NCBI GenBank assembly: GCA_027925225.1
Contig: AP027131.1
Span: 330,001-362,000, forward strand
DNA: 32,000 nt
Direction of reading: 5' to 3'
Source: Candidatus Saccharimonadota bacterium
Lineage (GTDB): Bacteria > Bacillota_I > Bacilli_A > Mycoplasmatales > Hepatoplasmataceae
The notes under the pieces were generated by a model that saw only the letters and a list, made by a program, of their open reading frames with translations, ran no database searches and was not told the DNA's origin. A program made the translations under genes and the position numbers. Position 1 is the stretch's first letter; the number at the start of each line of letters is the position of its first letter. Shown here in pieces: positions 11,170 through 22,094 of this stretch.

Positions 11170-12048
11170 ATGAATGCAGATTATTATGATATTTTAGGTG
11201 TTGAAAAAAAAGCAACACAAGAAGAAATTAAAAAAGCTTATAGAAAAAAAGCTATGCTTTATCATCCCGATAAAAATAAGGGAGATAAAAAAGCAGAAGA
11301 CAAATTTAAAGAAGTAAACGAGGCTTATGAAGTGCTTTCTTCTCCAGAAAGAAGAAATACTTATGATAGATTTGGAAAAGAAGCAAGCCAACAACAAGGA
11401 TTTAACAGAGGTGCTCATGGCTTTTCTGGTTTTAATGATTTTAGTGGAAATTTTAATTCTGAAGACATATCATCAATTTTTGAAGATTTGATGGGAGGAT
11501 TTGGATTTTCTGGCTTTAATCAAAATGCTAAAAGAAAAGGCAGAAATCTTAATTACATTGTTAAAATTGATATTTTAGATGCATTTAATGGTAAAAAAAT
11601 AAAAATTAAACTTTCAAATGGAAAAATAAAAGAAATTAATATTCCTGCTGGTATAAGAGAAGGAATGATTATTAGAATGACCGGACAAGGGAAACCTGGT
11701 ATAAATGGGGGGCCCAACGGGGATTTAAAAGTAGAAGTAAATATAACAAATAAAACTCCTTTTGAAAGAATAAAAGATGATCTTTATCATAGCTTGGAAT
11801 TAAATTATCTTTCTCTTTTAAAAGCACAAACAATAAATTTTAGATTATTTACAGGTGAATTAATTAAATTTGATGTTCCTCAATTTCATGATTATAAAAA
11901 ACTCATAAGAATAAAAGGAAAAGGGTTTACAAGTTTAAATTCAAAAAGAGGAGATCTTTATATAAAAATAAATATAAAGATGCCGAAAAAAATAACAAGA
12001 AAAGGCTTAAAAATTCTTGATGAATTTTTAAGCGAAGTTAAATATTAA
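11170..12048 (+). CDS. dnaJ: J-domain co-chaperone, DnaJ class B / CbpA-like (292 aa, no zinc-finger domain)
   Basis: J domain with HPD (YHPDKNKGD), Gly/Phe-rich linker and C-terminal substrate-binding domains. The protein contains no Cys, so the CxxCxGxG repeats are absent. RBS AGAGGAA. Confidence 0.85.
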   Translation: MNADYYDILGVEKKATQEEIKKAYRKKAMLYHPDKNKGDKKAEDKFKEVNEAYEVLSSPERRNTYDRFGKEASQQQGFNRGAHGFSGFNDFSGNFNSEDISSIFEDLMGGFGFSGFNQNAKRKGRNLNYIVKIDILDAFNGKKIKIKLSNGKIKEINIPAGIREGMIIRMTGQGKPGINGGPNGDLKVEVNITNKTPFERIKDDLYHSLELNYLSLLKAQTINFRLFTGELIKFDVPQFHDYKKLIRIKGKGFTSLNSKRGDLYIKINIKMPKKITRKGLKILDEFLSEVKY

Positions 12049-12055
12049 TACAAAG

Positions 12056-12079
12056 CTCTACAATTTGTAGAGTTTTTTT
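12056..12079 (+). terminator. Rho-independent terminator after dnaJ: CTCTACA-att-TGTAGAG followed by T7
   Basis: 7-bp perfect stem, 3-nt loop and a 7-T run, 8 nt after the stop codon. Confidence 0.7.
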
Positions 12080-12143
12080 ATAATAATTTTGTTATTATTA
12101 TGAAGTAATTAACAAAATTATAAAATTGAAGAAGGAGAATCTA

Positions 12144-12479
12144 ATGAATTTTTTAAATAAAATTACTGAAAATTCTAAATTATTTTTAAATAGTATTTTA
12201 AAAAATACTGATGGTGTAAACAGAGAGCTTGTTGCTTTTGTTGTGAAACATAAAATTGTTAAAGTATATTGAGGAATTTCAAAAGAAAATGACAAAATTT
12301 GATTAAAAAGTAGCGATGCAGAAATTATTGTTAATTTAACAGAAGAAGATCTTAATTTTTTAGTTAAATATTTAACTTATAGTTTTCATAATGAAAAATA
12401 TGATATTGATAAAACATTAGAAGATAAAATTAAAAGCTTAAATTTCCCTAAAAAAGAAGTTAATGATTTAGAAGAATAA
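12144..12479 (+). CDS. Small hypothetical protein (111 aa)
   Basis: RBS GAAGGAGAA 6 nt upstream of the ATG at 12144. Open in code 4 through two TGA codons to TAA at 12477-12479. The track instead shows only a low-complexity antisense ORF (12098..12295). Confidence 0.55.
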
Positions 12480-12548
12480 TAATTTCTTTATAAATTAAAA
12501 TTCTTATATATAAAAATAAATGATATAGTTTGAGATAAAATAATTTTT

Positions 12549-14450
12549 TTAAAAATCATCATCCATATCATTTATTTTTTTTCTATTTTTATATAAATTT
12601 ATTAAATAAAGAGCAAATACAACAATAAAAAATATAGGAATTACTAATAAAATATAGATATAATGGTTTTTTTCTAAATATAATTCTTCGTTTGCAAAAT
12701 AGATTTCATTAGGTTCTTTGTAATTATATTGATAACTTGTTTCATATTTTGTATTTATTAAATTACTTTTACTTCCTATATTATTTGGAATATAAATTTT
12801 AAAATTCGAATAATAAGAATCATTATTTAAATTTATAAGTTTAAATTGATATGTTTTTTGATTTTCGTTTTCACTTACTTTTTTTATTAATTGTAAATTA
12901 TTATAATCACTTGCATATCTTAAATTATCATTAGACTCATAGCTTAAATCTATGTTTTCCATTTGTAGAATTGTTGCATTTTCAAAAGTGACATTAAATG
13001 TTAATTTATCATTTTCTTTATTAATTATTTCTGCATTAATTATTTCTGCATTATTATTTATTGTATTTGAAAATTTAAATGGAAGATAATATGGAGGCAA
13101 ATTTTCATTTTCAAAATAAAAATCTGAATATTCATAACCTTTTTCTTTTTCTACATCATAATTGATCTCATATATCACAACTTTATCATATAAAGTTTCA
13201 ACATAATTAAGTTCAAGACTTTCTTTAATATCATCATTTAAAATATCATTTTTTTTATCATAAAAAATCGATAATGATAAATCACTATTTTCCTCTATTT
13301 TATTTGAGTAATCTACCATTATTTTGATTTTTTTATCATCAGTATATTTTATTATTGGAATATTTTTAATTATAAGATCATCTTTTTTTCAATTTGAGTA
13401 CTCTACTGTTATTGGTATTGTTGATACATAATCTTTTGGTATTAAATTTTTATAGATAAATTTAGGATAAAATTCTTTATCTAAGTAGTTATATTTAAAG
13501 TAATTTGTAGTTTGTATAAAAATATTGTAATTATCTGGTGAAATATTATAAATTTCATATATTAAGTTATCTCCTTTTCTTTCGATAAATTTCATATTTT
13601 TATTAGCGTCGGCCAATGTATAAAAATAAAAATCATTTTTAATTTCTATTTTATTTAAAATTCTTATTGAATTTAATTGATAAGAATTATAAATTTTAGT
13701 TGAAGGATTATAGATATTTATCGTATATGAAAGATAATCATTATTTATATTTTCTGTATAAGAAATACTCTGAGGGTTTATTGTTAGTCTTTCAAAAGAA
13801 GTAAGAACGTGACTATCATTACCATTTATTTTTGATGAAAAAATAGGTTCATTTTCATCATTATAATAAAATTTAAAATCATAATAATCAGTTGCATTAA
13901 ATATTAAATCATCAATTTCATATACATAAAAATGAGTATTTTCATATAAATTTAATTTTGATTTAATTTCTTTTTTAAAAATTAAATTTCCTTGTTGATC
14001 TTCATAAATTTCATTACTATCATATTTTTTATAGTCATAAGTTATTTTTAAATTATCTTTATTTTCAAAAAAATTATCATCATTTGTTACAAAAATAAAA
14101 TCAAATATATCTTTTTGATTACTTATATTTTTATGTTTATATATACTAATTGGATAATAATTATTATCAACATCATAATTTATTTTTTTTATATTTTCTA
14201 AATTGTATTTTAGATTTTTAATAAAAAAATCTCAGTGAGCAAAAATATAATTCACTCCAACTGATCCAACAAAATCTATTAAATATTCTTTTTTATTTAA
14301 AATAAATTCTTTTTCGTTTTTTGTAATTCTTATATTTTTTTCATATAAATCTACATCTTTTTTATAAAAAAGAGTTGAAAAAGAAACTATAAAAACACTA
14401 AGAGTTATAATAGAAAGAAGTAAAATTCTTTTTTTATTATTTAATTTCAT
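12549..14450 (-). CDS. Asn/Tyr/Asp-rich bitopic surface protein (633 aa): N-terminal signal-anchor and C-terminal TM anchor
   Basis: Track ORFs 14232..14450, 13389..13616 and 12549..13319 share a frame. Both gaps were hand-translated and contain no TAA or TAG. N-terminus MKLNNKKRILLLSIITLSVFIVSF; C-terminus YIYILLVIPIFFIVVFALYLINLYKNRKK. Confidence 0.75.
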
Positions 14451-14527
14451 ACATTTAATAATTAAATTAATATTATCAAATTATTTTAATAAAATTTTCA
14501 ATATTTTATTATTAAAAGAGACATAAA

Positions 14528-16438
14528 ATGAAAAAACTTAATTTAAATAAATATGCATTTCTTTTTTACATAAAAGGTGATTTTTATTGCTGAATACAAA
14601 ACAATGAGAATTTTTTAAATTTAGCAAAAAGAGATGAAGAATTAAAAAAAATAGCACCATGACGTTATAAGTCATTAATTAAAGAAAAAATTAATGATTT
14701 TGAAATTCCTGGACCCATTTTAGATGGACTTGATGTTTCAAAATATTCAAAAATATATTTTAAAAAAAAATATCCAGAATTAGAAATAATAAATTTAGAA
14801 AATGAATCTTTAGAAAAAGCAAAAAATATAACAAATAAATTTTTAGAGGAAAAAAATAATTTTATTATTTTTGAAGCAGTTTTTACTTACAATGAATTTA
14901 CAATCAAAACAGACGTTTTAATAAAAAACAATAATACTTTATATTTGATTGAAGTAAAAGGGGTTACTCAACCTTTTTATTATCATGCGTTAGATATAAT
15001 GTTTCAATATAAAATTCTTAAATCCTTAAAATATAAAATAAATAAAAAAAATTTAAGTTTATTAATTTTAAATAATAATTATATTTATTATAAAAAATCA
15101 AGCATCGAAAATACAATATTGAATTTATTTTTAGAAGTAAAATATTTTTATAATTCAAGAGTTGATTTAACAAATTATTCAAATAATATAAATAAACAAT
15201 TCAATATCTATGATGTTGTTAAAGAAGAAGAGTATTTTAGTTATTTTAATTTTTTTGATTTAATTTTAGAAAAAATTAAAAATGTACAGCTTTTAGAAGA
15301 ACCTCCCATTTCAATTTTTAAAAAAGAAAACTTTAGAGGAATGAATTCTGATTATGAATCTTATTATTTAAAATTAAAGGGTGCAGGTGAAGAAAATTCT
15401 ATTTTTAAATATTCAGGGGATAGTTGATTTAGCAAATGAAAAAAGGCCCTTCTTTTTGAAGAAGGTTTTAAAACAATAGAATCAATTGAAAATAAAAAAC
15501 TTATTTCAAAAAATAAAATAAAAAAATTAGAACCAGAGATAATGAGTTGAATCTCAAAAAATCCACAAAATATTATCCCTGACAATAAAAAATCTTTTGA
15601 AAGAATGATAATAGAAGAAAATGCAAATACCTTTAAAAGAATTATTCAAAGAAATAGTTATATGAATAAACATACTATTTTTTTTGAAGAAAAAATAAAA
15701 AAATTTTTAAATAATTTTAAAAAAGTTATTTATATGTTTGATTTTGAAACAGTACAAAATTCTATTCCTAGAATTTATGAAACTTCTCCTTATGAACAAG
15801 TTCCTTATCAATATTCAATTCATGTTATTTTAGATAAAGACAATTTTGATTTTTACAATATGAAAAATGTTATCCATCTTGAATGATTAGCTACAGAAAA
15901 AGATTTTTATGATGAATTTTGAAAAAATTTTTTAAATGATATACAAAAATATGGAGAAGGAAGTTATGTTTCTTTTAATAAATCATTTGAAAATATGATT
16001 ATTAAAAGAAGAATTCAAAAAATGATTTATGGTGATCCTATTTATTTTATGGAAAAACTAATAGATGAAACAATAGATTTAATGATTCCTTTTTATAATA
16101 AATGATATTATCATAATGATTTTGAAGGAAGATATAGTATAAAGGTAATAGCTCCCCATTTTGCGCCAGAATTAAATTATAAGGATTTAGATAGCAGAGT
16201 ACAAAAAGGTGATCAATCAGCAAAGCAATGCAAAATTTGACTTATGAATGAAAATGAAAAAATTGCAGAAAAAACATGAAAGGATGTAAGAAAATCAATG
16301 CTTAAATATTGTATGTATGATACTCTTTCAATGGTTGTAATTTTTCAAAGATTACAGGAATTAGTTAAATATGGTGTAGTTATTAATAATGAAAAAATAA
16401 GAAATAAAGAGGAAAGTTTATGAACACAGAAAAAATAA
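14528..16438 (+). CDS. DUF2779-family protein (PD-(D/E)xK nuclease-like, 636 aa)
   Basis: Motifs typical of DUF2779 as I recall the family: TDVLIKNNNTLYLIEVKGVT, YMFDFETVQNSIPRIYETSPYEQVPYQYSIH, YSIKVIAPHF and LKYCMYDTLSMV. Track ORFs 14945..15427 and 15605..15886 are in frame with the ATG at 14528 and are joined by TGA codons. Confidence 0.75.
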
Positions 16439-17376
16439 AAATTGTTTTTTTGGGAAACCCAGATATCTCTGTAGAAACATTAAAATCATTATTGGAAGAA
16501 GAAAAAATAGAAATTACTCTTATTATTACTAATATTGAAAAAAAAATAGGAAGAAATAAAGTTGTTAGCAATTCAGAGCTTGCAAAATTTTCAAATTTTA
16601 AAAAATTAAAAATATTAAAAACAGAAAATATAAATAACGATTATATTTATTTAAAAGAAAACTTTGAATTTGATTATCTTCTTACGTGTGCATTTGGTCA
16701 ATTTTTATCAGAAAATATTCTTTCTCTTCCAAAAAAAGCTGCATTAAATATACATGCATCTTTACTTCCGAAGGGAAGAGGAGGAGCTCCAATTCATTGA
16801 GCAGTAATCAACGGAGAAAAAGAAACAGGATATTCTTTAATGAGAATGATAAAAGAAATGGATGCAGGGGAATACTTTATACAACACAAAGTAAAAATAT
16901 CAAAAAACGAAACATATGATAGCCTAAAAGCAAAAATTATTAAATCAATAAAAGAAAACATTGTGAGTGATCTCTTAAAATTTGATCAAGGAAAATTAAA
17001 AGGAATTGAGCAAGATAAAAATAAAATAAGTTTTTGAAAAAATATAAAACAAGAAGATGAAAAAATAGATTTTAATTTAGAAGCAGAAAATATTTCAAAC
17101 AAAATAATGGGATTAAATTCTATTCCAGGAGCTTATGGTTTAATTAATGATTTAAATATTAAATTATGAACTTCTAGCTTTGAAAAAAATAATAAAAAAT
17201 ATAAAAATAATAAATTTGGAGAAATTTTAAAAATTGATAAAAATGGAATATTAATAAAAGCAAAAAATGGATTAATTTTAATAAATGAGATAACAATCCC
17301 AGGAAAAAAAAGAAATCAATTGGAAAATATTATAAATGGTAAATTGCCATTTAAGGTCGGCGACATTTTTAATTAA
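16420..17376 (+). CDS. fmt: Methionyl-tRNA formyltransferase (318 aa)
   Basis: IVFLGNPDISV..., HASLLPKGRGGAPIH-W(TGA)-AVINGEKETG, then C-terminal domain. Track ORFs 16420..16800 and 16840..17037 are in the same frame. RBS AGAGGAAAG. Overlaps the DUF2779 3' end by 19 nt. Confidence 0.9.
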
Positions 17377-17387
17377 ATTGACAAAAA

Positions 17388-17396
17388 TGATATAAT
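17388..17396 (+). promoter_or_regulatory. Extended -10 promoter element TGaTATAAT
   Basis: TGATATAAT lies 42 nt upstream of the ATG at 17438. The TTGACA at 17378-17383 is too close to act as its -35. Confidence 0.35.
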
Positions 17397-17437
17397 TTTA
17401 GTAATTTTAAAAGAAATATATACACGCTTATAAACAC

Positions 17438-18775
17438 ATGAAAAATAAAACTACAAGAACATTTTTATTTTTATCATTTTTATCAATTTTAGTTGTTCTA
17501 AATTTTTCAACACAAAATTATAAATATAATGATAATTTTTCTCTTTCTAAAAAAAATGAAAATAATTCTTTAAATTATAATGCTGAAGCTACTCCTTATA
17601 TCGTAGGAGACAGTTTAAAATGTAATTTAATTACAAATGACACTTTTGAATATCAAATGGAAGTTATTGGTAATTTTGCTAATAATGAAAATATGAGTGT
17701 AACAATAAATGGTGATGATCAACCCTTTAAAACCGCAAAAAGGATTGATACTGATGATAATGATAATATTTATGTTTATGAGGTTGAAAATTTAAATTAT
17801 TCCACTGATTATGATTTTTTTTCTTTAAATAATACTGGTCTTGCATATTATTCGCCCAATAATTTTATAGACAATGAAATTGAATTAAAAAATGAAGCAA
17901 ATATTGAAAACACTAGTTTCAAAACAAATCAAAATCCAATACTTACAGATTTTTGAATAAATGAAGATTCAATAACAACAACAACAATAACTTTTGGAAT
18001 TACTTTATATAATTATTCTGATGTTCACTTAGATATTGAAGATTCAATTAATTTATCACTAGAAAAAAAATCTACTGGAGAATATAAAACTTATAATGCA
18101 TCATTAATTTCTTCTGAAGGAGAATTAGGAAAAAAAGGAGAAATTAGTCTTACATATAAAATTGAAAACTTAGAACCCAATACAACTTATAAATTTATTT
18201 CGCTTAATAACACTAATCTTGCTATTACCTCAGGGAATAATCCAATAGATAATGAAATTTTAATAGAAGAAGAATTAAAGTTTAATAATAATGAATTTAC
18301 AACAGTATATTCAAATCCTTTTATTTCAAGCGGTGGTTTTAAAATAACAAATACACATGGAACAGTTGTTGAATTTTCACTTGAAATAACTGATGATTAT
18401 AATAATTTTAATTACTACAATCCTTTAAAAGTTAAATTAAATGATAAAAATGGAGAAATTGTTACAGCTCAATTTATAGATAAAAATGAAAATAAATATT
18501 ATTATCAAATTTCGGGATTAGAAGAAAATACAACTTATAGTATTTATTCATTAATTGATACTAATTTAGCAATAGAAGGTAATGGAAATGTTGTTGATGA
18601 AGAAATTTTAATAGAAGAAGAATTAGGGGTTTTAGATAATAATTTTACAACAGAAAAAATGGATAGTATTGAACTCGATGGAATGCCTGTGTACTGATTT
18701 CCAATAATTTTTGGAATATTTATTTTAATTGTTGCTGTTTTTATAGGATATAAAGTTAAAAAAAATAATATTTAA
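17438..18775 (+). CDS. Repeat-containing bitopic surface protein (445 aa): signal-anchor, three ~125-aa internal repeats, C-terminal TM anchor
   Basis: Track ORF 17438..17956 reads through TGA (17954 and 18695) to TAA at 18773-18775. The repeat core recurs three times: Y.Y.I.(N/G)LE.NTTY...SL..TNLAI....N..D.EILIEEEL....N.FTT. C-terminus FPIIFGIFILIVAVFIGYKVKKNNI. Confidence 0.75.
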
Positions 18776-18855
18776 TAAATATTTAAATAAAAAAAAATTA
18801 AAATACATTTTTATATTTATATTTTATTAAAATTTTCTTATATGATTTTAATAAT

Positions 18856-19800
18856 ATGAAACAAATAATTCTTTCAAATAGTTTTACTTTTACTAAAAAT
18901 TACATACAAAAAATAAAGCAAGAAGAAAATATTATTCAAGAAAATATCTATTATTTTGATTTCCTAGAAGATGAAATTGGGAAATCAATTTCAAAATATT
19001 TGTCAACTTCAATTTTTGGAGAAAAAAAAATAATACTTTTAAAAAATTCTAATTTTTTAAATAAAGCAAATTTAAATAAAAATTTTATTTCATATTTTAA
19101 TTTAGTTTTAAAAAATGAAAATAAAAATTTTCTTATTTTACAAATTGATACACTAAAAGAAAAAGATAGTTTTTTTGAAAAAATTTCACCTTTTTTCAAA
19201 TTAATAGAATTAACAGCAAAAGATAAAAAATTTAATAATATTACTATTGAAAAATATTTAAAAGAAAATAATATTAAATTTGATAAAAATGATGTAAAAC
19301 AATTATTAAAATATTGTAATAATAATTTTGAATTAGCATTAAATGAAATAAATAAAATTTTTTTAATTAAAGATCAATTTAATTTAAAAACATTAAATAA
19401 ATATGTGCTTGATTTAAAGGGAGAATCTTTTTTTAAATTACTTGAGGCATTAATTAAAAAAAAATATTTAATATTAAATGAAATATTTAAAACTATAACG
19501 GACAAAGGCATTTCTCCCATTGCAATAATAGAATCAATGTTAAAAGATTTAGAAATAATGATTAATATTAAACTTCATGAAAAATTTAATATTAAAAATG
19601 ATTTTAATTTTTCCGAACTTAATATTTATCCTTTTAAAATAAAAAATTTAATTTGAAATAGTGGATATATTAATTTAAAAAGTGCAATTTTTCTTTTTCG
19701 AGAACTTTTAAAATTTGAAAAATATATTAAAAAAAATAATCCTGATTATCTTGAAAAATTATTTTTTGGAAATATAATTTATCTTTCAAAAAAAATATAA
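18856..19800 (+). CDS. holA: DNA polymerase III delta subunit-like (314 aa)
   Basis: Length, N-terminal pattern (...SIFGEKKIILLKNSNFL...) and the classic Firmicutes/Mollicutes holA-rpsT convergent arrangement. Track ORF 18856..19656 plus TGA read-through to TAA at 19798. The sequence is divergent, so the call rests partly on synteny. Confidence 0.55.
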
Positions 19801-19806
19801 AAAAAA

Positions 19807-19823
19807 GAACTTATAATAAGTTC
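19807..19823. terminator. Bidirectional terminator between holA and rpsT: A-run, GAACTTA-taa-TAAGTTC, T-run
   Basis: 7-bp perfect stem flanked by A6 on the left and T8 on the right. It sits exactly between two convergent stop codons. Confidence 0.7.
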
Positions 19824-19829
19824 TTTTTT

Positions 19830-20072
19830 TTATTTTTCTTCTGTTTTTATTTTATGTACTCTAGAAACATATCTAGATGCTTTATTATCATGAATAATAC
19901 CAGCAGAAGCAGCTTTATCTATTAATTTTATTGCATTATTTATATCTATAGTAGATTTAGAAGTTTGTGCTTTTTTCATTGCTGTTTTTATTTCATTTTT
20001 TTTTGATTTATTTTTTAAATTTCTTTTATCATCTTGTCTTTTTCTTTTTTCATTTGATTTTATATTAGCCAT
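19830..20072 (-). CDS. rpsT: 30S ribosomal protein S20 (80 aa)
   Basis: MANIKSNEKRKRQDDKRNLKNKS...AASAGIIHDNKASRYVSR is the typical S20 sequence. RBS GGAGTG. Confidence 0.95.
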   Translation of the reverse strand: MANIKSNEKRKRQDDKRNLKNKSKKNEIKTAMKKAQTSKSTIDINNAIKLIDKAASAGIIHDNKASRYVSRVHKIKTEEK

Positions 20073-20267
20073 TTTTTCACTCCATATTTACACATAAAAA
20101 TAACTTTGTTATTATAACATAAGAAAAAAAGTTATTTTTATTTGATTTACATTAGTTAAAGTAATGTGTTAAAAATAACTTAAAAATTAAATAATATTAA
20201 AAAAAATTAATTCTTTTTATGTAATGAAAAAATAAAAAATTATAATTTTTATGGTTGTTAAATAAAG

Positions 20268-21959
20268 ATGGTTAACGTAATAAAAAATGAAGATACAGAA
20301 AATAGAAGTAGATATGGACTTATTTCTATGATTGCCATTGTTATTGGGACAGTTATTGGTTCAGGAATCTATGTAAAAAATAGTTCACTGTATGAAACAA
20401 CAAACTCTGCAATATATGTAACAATAGGTTGAATTATAGGTGGTTTAATTGTTATTTCAATGTTTATTGCTTTTATAGAAATAATGTCTATTACCACAAA
20501 GAAAAACGAACAAGGTACTTTTGCAAATTGAGGAAGGCATCTTTGAGGAGAAAAAACCTCAAAATATATAGGAATATATTTTATTTTTTTTTATTTTCCC
20601 TTTGTTATTTCAGTAGAAACAATATTTTCTTCAAATTATCTTAATAATTTGACATTTGGAGATGCTTCAACAAATGTTGTTGGATCTTTTTTCTTTATTA
20701 CATTTTTTGCGTTTATATTTCTTATTTTTACTTATTTTTTAAATATATTTTTTCTTAAAACTAGTAGAGTAATGCAAGTTACAGGTACAGTGATAAAAAC
20801 AATTCCGCTTTTTGCTGTAATATTTTTAATGATTATAATTGTTGCTGGTGTGATCGTCGGAGACTCAAGCACGGCAACAAATGAAATTTTTAATCCTGAT
20901 GATCCAATAAATTCAAATCATAAGGGTGTTGCATCAATTTTTTTAATAATTCCTGCGATACTTTTCACATTAGATGGATTCCTTTTTTCTGCTTCGATTT
21001 CAAAAGAAGCAAAGAAACCACAAACATTTAAAAATGCAGCAATAATAGCTATTATTTTTATTATTATTATTTATACATTATTTTCATTATCATCACTTTA
21101 TTTGGGTGGATATGATAGTACTGATAGTTCTGGTTTTGCAATAGAAGGAGTAATTAATAATATATTTTCTGATAATGTTGCAAGTGTACTGGTCACAGTG
21201 ACAGATGTTATACTTATTATCTCAATTCTCGTCGCCACTTTTGGTTATGTGGTTTCGGCAACTTATTCGCTTTCAGATGCTTCAAATTTTGATGATATTA
21301 AAGATGAAAAAGGATTATATTTAAGAAGAAGTGTTGATGGAGTTCCTTATAATGCTGGAATGAAATTACTTACTATTTCTTTTTTATTTGTTTTTATTAT
21401 GAGATTTTTTGATGGTACAGCTCTAATTTTTATAGATGATAAAGTTGAGGCTACTGGTTATATTGGAATGAGTGATTTTGCTTCTAATTTATTTACTATA
21501 ACAAACTTTTTTATTTATTCAATATTAATACTTGGTGCTTTTAGAAATAGATGAACTAAAAAAATTGAAACTGATAAAGTAAGGGGGTTTTTCGTATTTT
21601 CGATTATTTCTATGGTTCTTGTTTGACTTGTTGTTATAACTTCAATTTATCAAATATTTGATTCATTTTTTGACCCTAATGTAGAAATTTATAAAACAGT
21701 TTATCACATATTAATTATTGTTTTATTTGTTTTACTTATAATTATTATTTCGGAAAAAATAATAAAAAAATCTGAAACACTTACTAAAAAACAAATAAAA
21801 TATAAACAAAATTTTAAAAATGCTTATGATCAACATTTAGAATTAAATCATTATTTAAGAAAAAATAATATAAAAATAAAAGTAGATAAAAAATATTATG
21901 GGGAAAAAATAAATTCAAGTATAAATAAATGAAAAAACTGATTTAAAAAGAAAAAATAA
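20268..21959 (+). CDS. APC-superfamily amino acid permease (563 aa)
   Basis: N-terminus YGLISMIAIVIGTVIGSGIYV, the APC signature. About 12 hydrophobic segments. The ATG at 20268 is in frame with track ORF 20649..21554. Five TGA codons are read through and the stop is TAA at 21957-21959. Confidence 0.8.
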
Positions 21960-21996
21960 TATATTAAAATTTATTTTATAAATTTAATAGAAAAAA

Positions 21997-22026
21997 CCCT
22001 TAATAATTAAGTATTAAGGGTTTTTT
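21997..22026 (+). terminator. Rho-independent terminator after the permease: CCCTTAATA-attaag-TATTAAGGG followed by T6
   Basis: 9-bp perfect stem and a T-run, 38 nt after the stop. Confidence 0.7.
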
Positions 22027-22094
22027 ATTTTTAATATTTTAAAACATTATAAAGGATATATTTTAACAAGTAAATTAATGCTATATTTTTTTAA

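Noticed and set aside
17378-17383. TTGACA after fmt as the -35 box for the 17438 gene
   Set aside because: It lies only 7 nt from the TATAAT at 17391-17396, far from the 16-18-nt optimum. The extended -10 (TGaTATAAT) is the more plausible element.
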